This document shows positions 1 through 8,145 of a stretch of DNA of 33,985 nucleotides, in pieces. Position 1 is the first letter of the stretch. Each line of letters begins with the position of its first letter. A model generated the notes under the pieces. That model was not told where the DNA came from, did not search any database, and saw nothing but the letters and a program-made list of their open reading frames with translations. The stretch is from NCBI GenBank assembly GCA_005885325.1, contig VAYX01000016.1, forward strand, positions 1-33,985, read 5' to 3'. The position numbers were made by a program, and so were the translations under genes. This DNA comes from Actinomycetota bacterium. GTDB taxonomy: Bacteria > Actinomycetota > UBA4738 > HRBIN12.

Positions 1-423
1 CTGCCGAACGCCGAAATGCAGGTGCGGCGGCTCCACGCCGGGATGGCCGGTCCCGGTGAGCGCCAAGGTCGAACCCCGGGACACGGCGTCGCCCTTGCGG
101 ACCAGGATCGCTGAGACCCACGAGTACGTCGATGACAGCCCTCCGCCGTGATCCACCGTGACGAACAGGTGGCCGGCGACGGCGCCGGCGAAGGCCACGA
201 CACCCGGCGCCGGTGCACGAACGGGCGTCCCGACGGCGACCGCGATGTCGATCCCGCGATGTCCCGCGCCGAACGGTGTGGACGGTGGGTCGAAGCCCCG
301 GATGACCGGGCCGACGACCGGCCACGCCCAGTCACCGGTGGGGCCTGCCCCCGCAGATGGGCCGACCGATGCGAGGAGCACCAACGTGAGGGGGAGGACG
401 ACGAGCCGCGGACGAAGCGGCAT
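1..423 (-). CDS. Secreted M23 family metallopeptidase, 3' end runs off the window
   Basis: Not in the ORF track. Manual translation from ATG 423 gives MPLRPRLVVLPLTLVLLAS (signal peptide-like), WAWPVVGPVIRGFDPP, HRGIDIA (HxxxD) and PHLHFGVR (HxH). Shine-Dalgarno (SD) AGGAGG at 433-428. Frame is open to base 1. Confidence 0.92.
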   Translation of the reverse strand, partial: MPLRPRLVVLPLTLVLLASVGPSAGAGPTGDWAWPVVGPVIRGFDPPSTPFGAGHRGIDIAVAVGTPVRAPAPGVVAFAGAVAGHLFVTVDHGGGLSSTYSWVSAILVRKGDAVSRGSTLALTGTGHPGVEPPHLHFGVRQ

Positions 424-424
424 C

Positions 425-530
425 TGACCTCCTGTTCTCCTTCTTCTCGAGCCCGTCCGTTTCCGATCGGCCGGTGATCGAGCCCCTGAACGCTAGCCCC
501 GCACGGCCTGGATCGCAGTGAAGGAGGTCA
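425..530 (-). repeat. Perfect 9-bp inverted repeat pairing an anti-SD with the M23 ribosome-binding site
   Basis: TGACCTCCT at 425-433 and AGGAGGTCA at 522-530 on the + strand. Confidence 0.6.
466..490 (-). promoter_or_regulatory. Candidate sigma28/FliA/WhiG-type promoter for the M23 gene
   Basis: The minus strand reads TTCA (490-487), 15 nt, GCCGAT (471-466). This resembles the sigma28 consensus TAAA-N15-GCCGATAA and lies directly downstream of a sigma28-family gene. Confidence 0.5.
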
Positions 531-549
531 CGTTTCGGGGAGGGTGGGT

Positions 550-1506
550 CTACTCGGTCTCGACGAGCTGCAGCCGCAGCTGGTTCACGGCCTTCGTGTG
601 GATCTGGCACACCCGGGACTCGGTGACACCGAGGATCTCGCCGATCTCCGCCAGGGTCAGTCCCTCGAAGTAATACAGGGTGACCACGATCTTCTCCCGC
701 TCCGAGAGCGAGTTGATGGCCGCGGCAAGCAGGCCCCGTGTCTCCTGCCCCTCCAGCCCCATCGAGACGTCGCTCCCCCGGTCGGCCAGCGTGTCGAGCA
801 GCGACACCTGCTCACCGCGGTCGCTCCCCACCGACAGCAGCTCGTCCAGTGCCAGGACCGACACGAAGGAGATCTGCGTGATCACGTCGTGGAGCTCCTT
901 GAGCGTGACGCCGAGGCGCGCCGCGACCTCCTTCTCGCTGGGGGCCCGTTTCATCATCGACTCGAGGTCGGAGTAGGCCTTCTCGATCTCGCGGGCCTTG
1001 AACCGAACGGACCGCGGGACCCAGTCCATGGCCCGCAGCTCGTCGATGATCGCGCCCTTGATGCGAGGGATGGCGTACGTCTCGAACTTGTTCCCCCGGG
1101 CCGGCTCGAACTTCTCGAGCGCGTCGATCAGCCCGAACATCCCGTACGAGACGAGGTCGGCCTGCTCGACGCTCGCCGGAAGGCCCGTGGCGACCCGGCT
1201 GGCCACGTACTTCACGAGCGGCGCGTAGTGCAGGATGAGCCGCTCGCGGGCCTGGGGCGACGCGGTCTCCTTGAACTCGGCCCACAGCGCCATGAGCTCG
1301 TCCATCGGTGGCTTGGCCGGCTCCGGGAGGACCGTGACGGACCGCCCGGCCTCCCTGGCCGACGGCTTGAGGGGTGAGACGGCCTTGATGGCGGGTGCGG
1401 CCTTGAGCGATCCGGACGACTTCACCGCCGGCGCGGGCTTCGCGGGCTTCGCCCCCTTCGCGGGGAGAGCCGCCTTCCCGTTCGCGCTCGCCTTGGCCCC
1501 CATCAT
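550..1506 (-). CDS. whiG: FliA/WhiG family RNA polymerase sigma factor (sigma28-type)
   Basis: Motifs [64 protein letters not shown], and region 4 [24 protein letters not shown] 1506 overlaps the xerC stop; an alternative ATG is at 1305. The ORF-track start at 2160 is a spurious extension into xerC. Confidence 0.92.
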   Translation of the reverse strand: MMGAKASANGKAALPAKGAKPAKPAPAVKSSGSLKAAPAIKAVSPLKPSAREAGRSVTVLPEPAKPPMDELMALWAEFKETASPQARERLILHYAPLVKYVASRVATGLPASVEQADLVSYGMFGLIDALEKFEPARGNKFETYAIPRIKGAIIDELRAMDWVPRSVRFKAREIEKAYSDLESMMKRAPSEKEVAARLGVTLKELHDVITQISFVSVLALDELLSVGSDRGEQVSLLDTLADRGSDVSMGLEGQETRGLLAAAINSLSEREKIVVTLYYFEGLTLAEIGEILGVTESRVCQIHTKAVNQLRLQLVETE

Positions 1507-2432
1507 GCCCTCGGGTGACTCTGCCGGTAGGCGGCGAACAGCCGGGTCCGCGACACGTGCGTGTACCGCTGGGTCGTGGCCACGCTCGAGTGGCCGAGCA
1601 GCTCCTGGACCGCGCGGATGTCCGCTCCCCCTTCGAGGAGGTGCGTGGCGAACGAGTGCCTGAGCGTGTGCGGGGTCACCCGCCGTCCGGACAGCTTCCC
1701 GGACCCGTATCGCCCCACGAGGGCTCGGATGTCGCGTACCCCGAGCGGCCGTCCCCGTCGGTTGAAGAACAGCGCGGCCGACCCGTCGGCGGCCAGCACT
1801 CCACGTCCCCGGCGGAGATGGTCCCGGATGGCCTCGACCGCGAAGTCCGACAGCGGGACGTCGCGTTCCTTGGATCCCTTGCCCATCACCCGAACCCGGC
1901 CCTGCTCCAGGTCGATCCGGTCCAGGGTGAGTGCGCTCACCTCCCCGACCCGAAGGCCCGACCCGTACAACAGCTCCAGGACGGCCCGGTCCCGGAGGGC
2001 CACCGCCCGGCCCACCTCGTCCTGCGAACCCGGTTGCGGGGCCTCGACCAGTCCGGCGGCCTCGGCCGGCCTGAGCACCGTGGGCAGCCGGTTGGCCACC
2101 TTCGGCCGCCCCAGCATGGCGGCCGGGTCGGTCCTCACGAACCCCCTGGCCGCTGCCCACCGGTAGAAGGTGTGGATGGCCCCCACCCGACGGGCGATCG
2201 ACGCCCGCGCGTAGCCCAGGGTGACCTGCTGGGCCAGGAACCGCCGGAGCAGCGGGGTCGTCGCGGAGGCGAGCGAGCGCCGCTGGCGCGACAGGAACAC
2301 GGCCAGCTGCTCGAGGTCCCGGCGGTAGGCGGCCACCGTGTGCTCCGATAGGTGGCGCTCGAGCGCCAAGTGATCGGCGAACCCGCCGATCAGCTTCGCC
2401 TCGGGATGGGGAAGGTCCTCCCGCGCTTGCAT
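1503..2432 (-). CDS. xerC: Tyrosine recombinase XerC
   Basis: N-terminal SAM-like [12 protein letters not shown]. Catalytic motifs GLRVGE (R), GKGSKER (K), [10 protein letters not shown] (HxxR), LLGH and TQRY (Y). Start placed at ATG 2432 after GGAAGGA. Located next to dprA. Confidence 0.9.
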   Translation of the reverse strand: MQAREDLPHPEAKLIGGFADHLALERHLSEHTVAAYRRDLEQLAVFLSRQRRSLASATTPLLRRFLAQQVTLGYARASIARRVGAIHTFYRWAAARGFVRTDPAAMLGRPKVANRLPTVLRPAEAAGLVEAPQPGSQDEVGRAVALRDRAVLELLYGSGLRVGEVSALTLDRIDLEQGRVRVMGKGSKERDVPLSDFAVEAIRDHLRRGRGVLAADGSAALFFNRRGRPLGVRDIRALVGRYGSGKLSGRRVTPHTLRHSFATHLLEGGADIRAVQELLGHSSVATTQRYTHVSRTRLFAAYRQSHPRA

Positions 2433-2463
2433 CCGTCCTTCCAAGTCGTCGTCGTCGAGTGCC

Positions 2464-2492
2464 CTTGTATCAACGGGGGAAAGAGCATTCAA
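2464..2492 (-). promoter_or_regulatory. Possible promoter for xerC-whiG
   Basis: TTGAAT-N17-TACAAG with TG at the extended -10 position, in a locally AT-richer intergenic stretch. The -10 lacks the final T. Confidence 0.3.
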
Positions 2493-2605
2493 GCTTCCCA
2501 CGAACGTCGGGCACTTTCTGTCCCCCCAACGGCCGTCGGACGGACGATGCCCCACACCACCCCGGATGGGCCATGGGTGCCTAGCGCTGAGATGGCCCGC
2601 CGATC

Positions 2606-3772
2606 CTACGTCGACGCGGCCTTCAGCCGAGGTTCGAACCGGCCGCCGACGCTTCGGATCAGTCCTTTCAGCTCCAGGCCGAGGAGCAGCGGGAGCACTT
2701 CCGGCACCGAGACGCCCAACCCCTTCGCCACGTTCTCGGGCAAGACCGGTGCGATCACCAGATCGAGCGCCGCCCGCTCCGCCAGGGTGAGGTCCAGCCG
2801 CACGGGAGCACCGCCCAGCCGCTCGCCAAGCTTCAGGTCCCGCATCAGGTCGTCGACGCCGCGGATCAGCGTCGCCCCTTCACGGATGAGGACGTGCGGC
2901 ACGTGAGCCAGTGGACTGGTGATGGCGCCCGGGACGGCGAACACGTCCCGGCCCAGGTCCAGCGCGTGTTCGGCCGAGATCAACGAGCCGCTTCCTTCGG
3001 CGCCCTCCACGACCACCAGGCCCGTGCACATGGCCGCCACGATCCGGTTGCGGGCCGGGAAGTGGTACGGCTCCGGGGGGACCCCCGGCGGATACTCGCT
3101 CACCAACGTGCCGGTCTCCGCGATCCGCCGAATCAGTCGCTCGCTCCACTTCGGATAGGCCTGGTCGATCCCGCACCCGAGCACCGCGACGGTGTGACCG
3201 CCGGCGTCGAGCGCGCCCTGGTGGCCGGCGGCGTCGATACCGCGGGCCGCCCCGCTGATGACGCACACGCCCGACATCGCGAGGTCGTGACCGATGTCGG
3301 TGGCCAGCTCCCTGCCGAGCTCCGAGCAGTTCCGAGCCCCGACGATCGCCACGGCTCGCTCGCGTGAGGGAAGCGGGCGGCCCTTGACGAAGAGGGCAGC
3401 CGGTGGATCCTCGAGGTTCTCGAGCTGGGGCGGGTAGCCGGCACTTCCGAAAGGCACGAGGCTGGCACCGCACGCCACGAGGGCGCGATCGATGTCGTCG
3501 GGGTCGACCACCAGTGCGAACTCGCGATCCGCGTCGCTGCCGGCGCGTCCCCTTCGAACCGCCTCGAGGGTGGCGACGGCCGTACGCTCTCGATCCGCCA
3601 CTTCCAGCAGCTTGATCGGCGAGATCCCCCGCAGGGCCATCAGGACGAGGAGCGCCCTTCGATCCGCCTCCACCTCGACGAAGCTCGGCGGCCACCGGGA
3701 CGGCCGGTTCCCCGCCCGCCTCCGGCCGTTTGTCCGCCGGTCACCTCGGTCGGCCGCACGGTCAGCCCGCAC
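2606..3772 (-). CDS. dprA: DNA-processing protein DprA (Smf)
   Basis: Motifs YPPQL..LEDPPAALF, VAIVGAR, ISGAARGIDAAGH, SEYPPG, FPARNRIVA, SGSLISA and VFAVPG, plus a C-terminal winged helix LLGLELKG. Start codon uncertain (GTG 3772 overlaps the comM end). Confidence 0.93.
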   Translation of the reverse strand: MRADRAADRGDRRTNGRRRAGNRPSRWPPSFVEVEADRRALLVLMALRGISPIKLLEVADRERTAVATLEAVRRGRAGSDADREFALVVDPDDIDRALVACGASLVPFGSAGYPPQLENLEDPPAALFVKGRPLPSRERAVAIVGARNCSELGRELATDIGHDLAMSGVCVISGAARGIDAAGHQGALDAGGHTVAVLGCGIDQAYPKWSERLIRRIAETGTLVSEYPPGVPPEPYHFPARNRIVAAMCTGLVVVEGAEGSGSLISAEHALDLGRDVFAVPGAITSPLAHVPHVLIREGATLIRGVDDLMRDLKLGERLGGAPVRLDLTLAERAALDLVIAPVLPENVAKGLGVSVPEVLPLLLGLELKGLIRSVGGRFEPRLKAAST

Positions 3773-5297
3773 GGGCCAGGCTTCCCTCGGACAGGTTCAT
3801 CCGATACGTCAGCGCTTCGGCCATGTGCCCGGCGGCGATCTCCTCGGCGCCCGCGAGGTCGGCCACGGTCCGAGCAACCTTGATGGCTCGATCGAATCCT
3901 CGGCCGGTGAGGCCGAGGGCATCCACCGCGCCCGCCAGGACGTCGTGTCCGCCGGAGGACATCCTGGCCAGTCGCCGGGCCACCGGGCCCGGAAGCTGGG
4001 CGTTGCACGGGAAGCCGAGGGCCGAGTACCGGTGCCGCTGGCGCGCCCGGGCCTCCTCCACACGAGCCCGGATGGGTGTCGATGCCTCGCCGGCGGTCTC
4101 GCCCAGCAGCTCCCTCTTGGAGAGCCGCGGCACCACGAGCCTGATGTCGATCCGATCGAGCAGCGGCCCCGACAGCTTCTGTCGGTACAGCTCCACGCGG
4201 TGCGGAGGACACCGGCACTGACGTTTGGGATCCCCTTCGTAGCCACACGGGCACGGGTTGGTGGCAGCGATGAGCGTGAACCCCGCAGGGAACTCAACCG
4301 ACCCGGCCACCCTCGTCACCACGACGCGGCCGTCCTCGAGCGGCTGGCGGAGGGCCTCCACCGCATCGCGCCGGAACTCCGTCAACTCGTCGAGGAACAG
4401 GACCCCGTGATGCGCGAGCGAGACCTCCCCCGGCCTGACGAAGCCGGTCCCCCCACCGAGGAGCGCCGACAGGGAGATGGAGTGATGCGGCGACCGGAAT
4501 GGCCGCGACCCCACCAACCCTCCCGCGTCCAACATGCCGGCCACGGAATGAAGTTGCGTGACCTCCAGGGCCTCCCCGCGAGAAAGGCCGGGGAGGATGG
4601 TGGCGAGGCGCCGCGCCAGCATGGTCTTGCCCGCGCCCGGTGAACCGACGAGCAGGACGTTGTGCCCGCCGGCCGCCGCCACCTCCAGTGCCCGCCTGGC
4701 CTGCGCCTGCCCCCTGACCTCGGCGAAGTCCACCCCGTGCTTCGGTGCCTCGGCCGCGCCGCTGGCCCGAGGCGTTGGCGGATCCCACGTGCCGCGGAGG
4801 AACCCGGCAACCTCGGCGAGGCCCGGGGCCCCGACGACCCGCACTCCGTCCACGAGGGCGGCCTCCCCGGCGTTCGGGGCAGGCACCACGACACCGTCCA
4901 GGCCGGCGCGCGCGGCCGCGATGGCCACCGAGAGCACGCCCGGGGTGGCCACCAGGCCACCCTTCAAGGAGAGCTCCCCGAAGAACGAGAACCGGGCCAG
5001 CCTGTCACCGGGGACCTGAGCCGACGCCGCAAGCACTCCCATGGCGATGGGCAGGTCGAGGCCGGGCCCTTCCTTTCGGAGATTCCCGGGGGACAGATTC
5101 ACGACGATCCTCCGGAGCGGCCATTCCAGGCCCGAGCTTTCCACGGCGGGCCGGATTCGATCCCTCGCGTCCTGCACGGGCGCGCCGGGCAGGCCGGTCA
5201 ATGTCAGCGATGGAAGCCCTCGCCCGATGTGCGCCTCGACCGCGACCGGGTGGCCGCGTACCCCGACGATGGTGATCCCGATGACCCGCCCGTACAC
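3762..5297 (-). CDS. comM: YifB/ComM Mg-chelatase-like AAA+ ATPase
   Basis: N-terminal ChlI-like NLSPGNLRKEG, Walker A GSPGAGKT, RPFRSPHH, GEVSLAHHGVLFLDE, NPCPCG and SGPLLDRID. Confidence 0.95.
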   Translation of the reverse strand: MYGRVIGITIVGVRGHPVAVEAHIGRGLPSLTLTGLPGAPVQDARDRIRPAVESSGLEWPLRRIVVNLSPGNLRKEGPGLDLPIAMGVLAASAQVPGDRLARFSFFGELSLKGGLVATPGVLSVAIAAARAGLDGVVVPAPNAGEAALVDGVRVVGAPGLAEVAGFLRGTWDPPTPRASGAAEAPKHGVDFAEVRGQAQARRALEVAAAGGHNVLLVGSPGAGKTMLARRLATILPGLSRGEALEVTQLHSVAGMLDAGGLVGSRPFRSPHHSISLSALLGGGTGFVRPGEVSLAHHGVLFLDELTEFRRDAVEALRQPLEDGRVVVTRVAGSVEFPAGFTLIAATNPCPCGYEGDPKRQCRCPPHRVELYRQKLSGPLLDRIDIRLVVPRLSKRELLGETAGEASTPIRARVEEARARQRHRYSALGFPCNAQLPGPVARRLARMSSGGHDVLAGAVDALGLTGRGFDRAIKVARTVADLAGAEEIAAGHMAEALTYRMNLSEGSLARAG

Positions 5298-5303
5298 CGG
5301 GCG

Positions 5304-5309
5304 ACCCTA
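5304..5309 (-). promoter_or_regulatory. -10 box, leaderless-type, for comM
   Basis: TAGGGT 6 nt upstream of GTG 5297, with no SD. Confidence 0.55.
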
Positions 5310-5326
5310 GCGCGCGGTGATGACAC

Positions 5327-5698
5327 TCAGAACGCGTCCTCGAACAGCTCGACGCTCGTGCCACTCGTGCCGACGTGAACGCTCGCGACGTCGAATCGCA
5401 GGTTCCCGTGGGGAACGGGCACGGTGGCGACGAAGACCTCCGCCAGCTGCCGGAGCTTCCGCTGCTTGCGGGCCGTCACCGCCTCGTAGCCACCGCCGAA
5501 GCCGTCGCCACGGCGCGCCTTGACCTCACAGAAGATGAATGTCCCCTCGCGTTCGACGATGAGGTCGAGCTCGCCGAGAGCGCACCGCCAATTCCGAGCG
5601 ACGATGCGGAACCCGCGACGCGCGTACAGGGCGGCAGCGGCATCCTCGCCCGCGCGGCCGAGCGAGGCGCGCGCGGCATGTGGAGCGATCCGGTCCAC
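5327..5698 (-). CDS. yraN: YraN family (UPF0102) PD-(D/E)xK nuclease
   Basis: LGRAGEDAAA, RNWRC..GELDLI, FCEVKAR and RFDVASV; located next to comM. Confidence 0.93.
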   Translation of the reverse strand: MDRIAPHAARASLGRAGEDAAAALYARRGFRIVARNWRCALGELDLIVEREGTFIFCEVKARRGDGFGGGYEAVTARKQRKLRQLAEVFVATVPVPHGNLRFDVASVHVGTSGTSVELFEDAF

Positions 5699-5707
5699 GG
5701 CCGTCCG

Positions 5708-5713
5708 ACCCTA
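5708..5713 (-). promoter_or_regulatory. -10 box for yraN
   Basis: TAGGGT 9 nt upstream of GTG 5698, with no SD. Confidence 0.45.
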
Positions 5714-5730
5714 GGACGGCCCACCGACAT

Positions 5731-6045
5731 TCAGGCGTCGAGCGTCGGATCGCCCGGCATGGCCTCGTCGCGGCGGAGCTCCTCGACGTTCACGTCGCGG
5801 CGGGTCATCACCCGGACGTTGGAGACGAACCGGGCCGGGCGGAACATGTCCCAGACCCACGCGTCGGACAGGCGCACCTCCACCCACCCGTCCTCCCGCT
5901 GCTGCACGTCGACGACGTTCGCGAGATAGAAGCGGCGCTCGGTCTCCACGACGAAGGTGAACATCGGGACGACGTCGCGGTACTCCCGGTACAGCTCGAG
6001 CTCGCGCTCCTCCTCGAACCGCTCGATGTCGTCGCCCTCGTTCAC
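5731..6045 (-). CDS. DUF2469 family protein (actinobacterial)
   Basis: ELELYREYRDVV, VVETERRFYLAN, DAWVWDMFRPARFV and DVNVEEL. GTG 6045 overlaps the rnhB TGA. Confidence 0.9.
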   Translation of the reverse strand: MNEGDDIERFEEERELELYREYRDVVPMFTFVVETERRFYLANVVDVQQREDGWVEVRLSDAWVWDMFRPARFVSNVRVMTRRDVNVEELRRDEAMPGDPTLDA

Positions 6046-6689
6046 GGGTCCTCCACGGTCTCGACGTCCACCGTGCCGTTCTCGCCCACGCCCTTGAAGG
6101 AGAGCCGGTGGATCGGCGTGGGGCCCAGGCGGTCCAGCACGTTCCAGTGCTCGCGCGTGCCGTAGCCCTTGTTGTGGTCGAACCCATACCGTCGGAACCG
6201 GCGGTGGTAGCGCTGCATCATCCGGTCCCGCGTGACCTTGGCGACGATCGACGCCGCGGCGACGCAGGCGGTCACGGCGTCGCCCTTCTTGATGGCCAGG
6301 CTGGTCGCGGGGAGCCGGCGGACGGGGAAGCCGTCGATCAGCACGTAGTCCGGCGGCAGCGGAAGGGCGCACACCGCCCGGCGGAGGAGCCACAGGTTGG
6401 ACTTGTGCAAGCCTCGGCGGTCGATGCGCGACGGAGTGGCCTTGCACCATGCGTAGGCCAGTGCCCCGGACACGATCCGGGCGTAGGCCTCGTCCCGCTG
6501 GAGCGGCGTGAGCACCTTCGAGTCGTTCACCCCGTCGAGGTCGAAGTCCTCCGGCAGGATCACGGCGGCGGCGACGAGCGGCCCGGCCAGGGCCCCGCGC
6601 CCCGCCTCGTCCACGCCGGCCACGGCGCGAAAGCCCTGCTCGCGCAGCCGGCGCTCGTAGCGCCCGAGGTCGAGGTCTAGTGCAGCCAC
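6042..6689 (-). CDS. rnhB: Ribonuclease HII
   Basis: VAGVDEAGRGALAGP, DSK, LIDG, KGDA..ACVAAASIVAKVTRD, KGYGT and HRLSF. Confidence 0.96.
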   Translation of the reverse strand: MAALDLDLGRYERRLREQGFRAVAGVDEAGRGALAGPLVAAAVILPEDFDLDGVNDSKVLTPLQRDEAYARIVSGALAYAWCKATPSRIDRRGLHKSNLWLLRRAVCALPLPPDYVLIDGFPVRRLPATSLAIKKGDAVTACVAAASIVAKVTRDRMMQRYHRRFRRYGFDHNKGYGTREHWNVLDRLGPTPIHRLSFKGVGENGTVDVETVEDP

Positions 6690-7411
6690 CCGATCCGGGA
6701 GGGCGGCCAGATGGTGACGAACGCCTTGCCCACGACCTTGTCCATTGGGACGAACCCCAACCCGAACCGCGAGTCGTTGGAATAGAGGCGGTTGTCGCCC
6801 AGGACGAACAAGCTGTCCGGCGGGACCTTCTTCGGCCCGTACGGGCGCGTGTCCGGAGGGCCCTTCAGGTACGGCTGGGGAACCCGCTTGCCGTTCACGT
6901 AGAGGTTGCCGTCCCGAAGCTCGACGGTCTCGCCCGGGAGCCCGATCACCCGCTTGATGAAGTCCTCGTTCGGGGGCCGGGCGAAGCCCAGGCCCTCCGA
7001 CAGCCAGTGCAGGAACCCACCGACGACACCTCGGTCCGGCTGCTGTCCGGAGGGATCCTCGAACACCACGATGTCGCCCCGGTGCGGGTGGTACAGCACC
7101 TTGTTCACCAGCACGCGGTCTCCCGGCATGAGGGTGGGCTCCATGGAGCCCGAGGGGATGTAGAACGCCTGGACCACGAACGTCTTGAGGACGAGGGCCA
7201 GGGCGAAGGCCAGCAGGATCAGGACGGGGAGCTCACGGAGGAAGGCAAGGAGGCCGCGATCCACGCGGCCGGTCTGTTTGGGCGGGGCGGGCGGCCTCTC
7301 GTCGGGAGCCTTGGGGCCCAGCACGAACGCGTCCCCCGGCAAGGGAGTCGCGGTGGAGGGGGGAGGATCGGCCGGGGCCGGATCGGCCGAGTCCGGCTGC
7401 GGCTCGGACAC
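6677..7411 (-). CDS. lepB: Signal peptidase I
   Basis: Transmembrane helix followed by IPSGSMEPTL (catalytic Ser), FIKRVIG (catalytic Lys) and GDNR..SNDSR. Pro-rich N-terminus. Confidence 0.96.
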   Translation of the reverse strand: MSEPQPDSADPAPADPPPSTATPLPGDAFVLGPKAPDERPPAPPKQTGRVDRGLLAFLRELPVLILLAFALALVLKTFVVQAFYIPSGSMEPTLMPGDRVLVNKVLYHPHRGDIVVFEDPSGQQPDRGVVGGFLHWLSEGLGFARPPNEDFIKRVIGLPGETVELRDGNLYVNGKRVPQPYLKGPPDTRPYGPKKVPPDSLFVLGDNRLYSNDSRFGLGFVPMDKVVGKAFVTIWPPSRIGWLH

Positions 7412-7413
7412 GC

Positions 7414-7962
7414 CTAGCCCTTGCTCTCGGCGTCGACCGCGGCGGTCTCGGGGACCTCCACCGGCTCCGCCTCGGCCGCTTCGGGCGCCTCCTCCGCGGG
7501 CTGCGGCTCGGCCGCGTCCGCCCCATCGGCGGTTACCTCGGCGAGGTCGGGCTCGGCAGTCGTCTCCCGGATCTCTGCCTCGACCGCGGTGGTCTGCGCG
7601 GCCGCAAGCTCCTCCGGGCCGACCCGGCGCTCGCGGATCCGGGCCTTCTTGCCCCGCAGCTCCCGCAGGTAGTACAGCTTGGCCCGGCGCACCTTCCCTC
7701 GGGTCACCACCTCGAGCTTGCCGATGGATGGCGAATGGACGGGGAACGTTCGCTCCACGCCGACGCCGAAGGACACCTTGCGGACGGTGAACGTCTCCTG
7801 GAGGCCGCCGCCCTGGCGGCGGATCACGACGCCCTGGAACACCTGGATGCGCTCGCGGCCGGCCTCGACGACGCGCACGTGCACACGCACGGTGTCGCCC
7901 GGTCGAAAGGGTGGGATGTCCGCGCGCAGGTAGGCCTTGTCGACGAGATCGGTCTTGTTCAT
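7414..7962 (-). CDS. rplS: 50S ribosomal protein L19 with acidic C-terminal tail
   Basis: [41 protein letters not shown] and [10 protein letters not shown]. Confidence 0.97.
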   Translation of the reverse strand: MNKTDLVDKAYLRADIPPFRPGDTVRVHVRVVEAGRERIQVFQGVVIRRQGGGLQETFTVRKVSFGVGVERTFPVHSPSIGKLEVVTRGKVRRAKLYYLRELRGKKARIRERRVGPEELAAAQTTAVEAEIRETTAEPDLAEVTADGADAAEPQPAEEAPEAAEAEPVEVPETAAVDAESKG

Positions 7963-7974
7963 GGCGGGAGCCTG

Positions 7975-7983
7975 ATGCTACCA
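7975..7983 (-). promoter_or_regulatory. Extended -10 for rplS
   Basis: TGG-TAGCAT 12 nt upstream of ATG 7962, with no SD. Confidence 0.5.
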
Positions 7984-8045
7984 GGACGGCGAGCCTGGGT
8001 CGCTCGAAACGGTCCGGATGTGACCGGCGGGCTCGCGGGCGGGAC

Positions 8046-8144
8046 TCAGGTCACCACGAACGTGCCGTGCATGAAGGGATGGATATCGCACTGGAAGTAG
8101 TAGAGGCCTCGAGGAAGGGCGTGCAGATGGTAGACGAACCCGCT
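8046..8144 (-). pseudogene. C-terminal fragment of a cupredoxin (plastocyanin/azurin-like blue copper protein)
   Basis: Manual translation SGFVYHLHALPRGLYYFQCDIHPFMHGTFVVT* matches the type-1 copper loop Y-x-F-x-C-x-x-H-P-x-M-x-G. No start codon lies between it and the trmD stop. Confidence 0.75.
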
Positions 8145-8145
8145 A

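Noticed and set aside
1507-2160. 536-aa sigma factor ORF from the track
   Set aside because: The extension is an off-frame reading inside xerC; the sigma start overlaps the xerC stop.
1503-2432. Tyrosine recombinase as a prophage or island integrase
   Set aside because: It has XerC-like size and motifs and housekeeping synteny with dprA. No att sites, tRNA or phage genes are nearby.
2568-2598. GGGCCAT/ATGGCCC inverted repeat after dprA as a terminator or ncRNA
   Set aside because: It has only 7 bp with a 17-nt loop and no U-tract, which is plausible by chance at this GC content.
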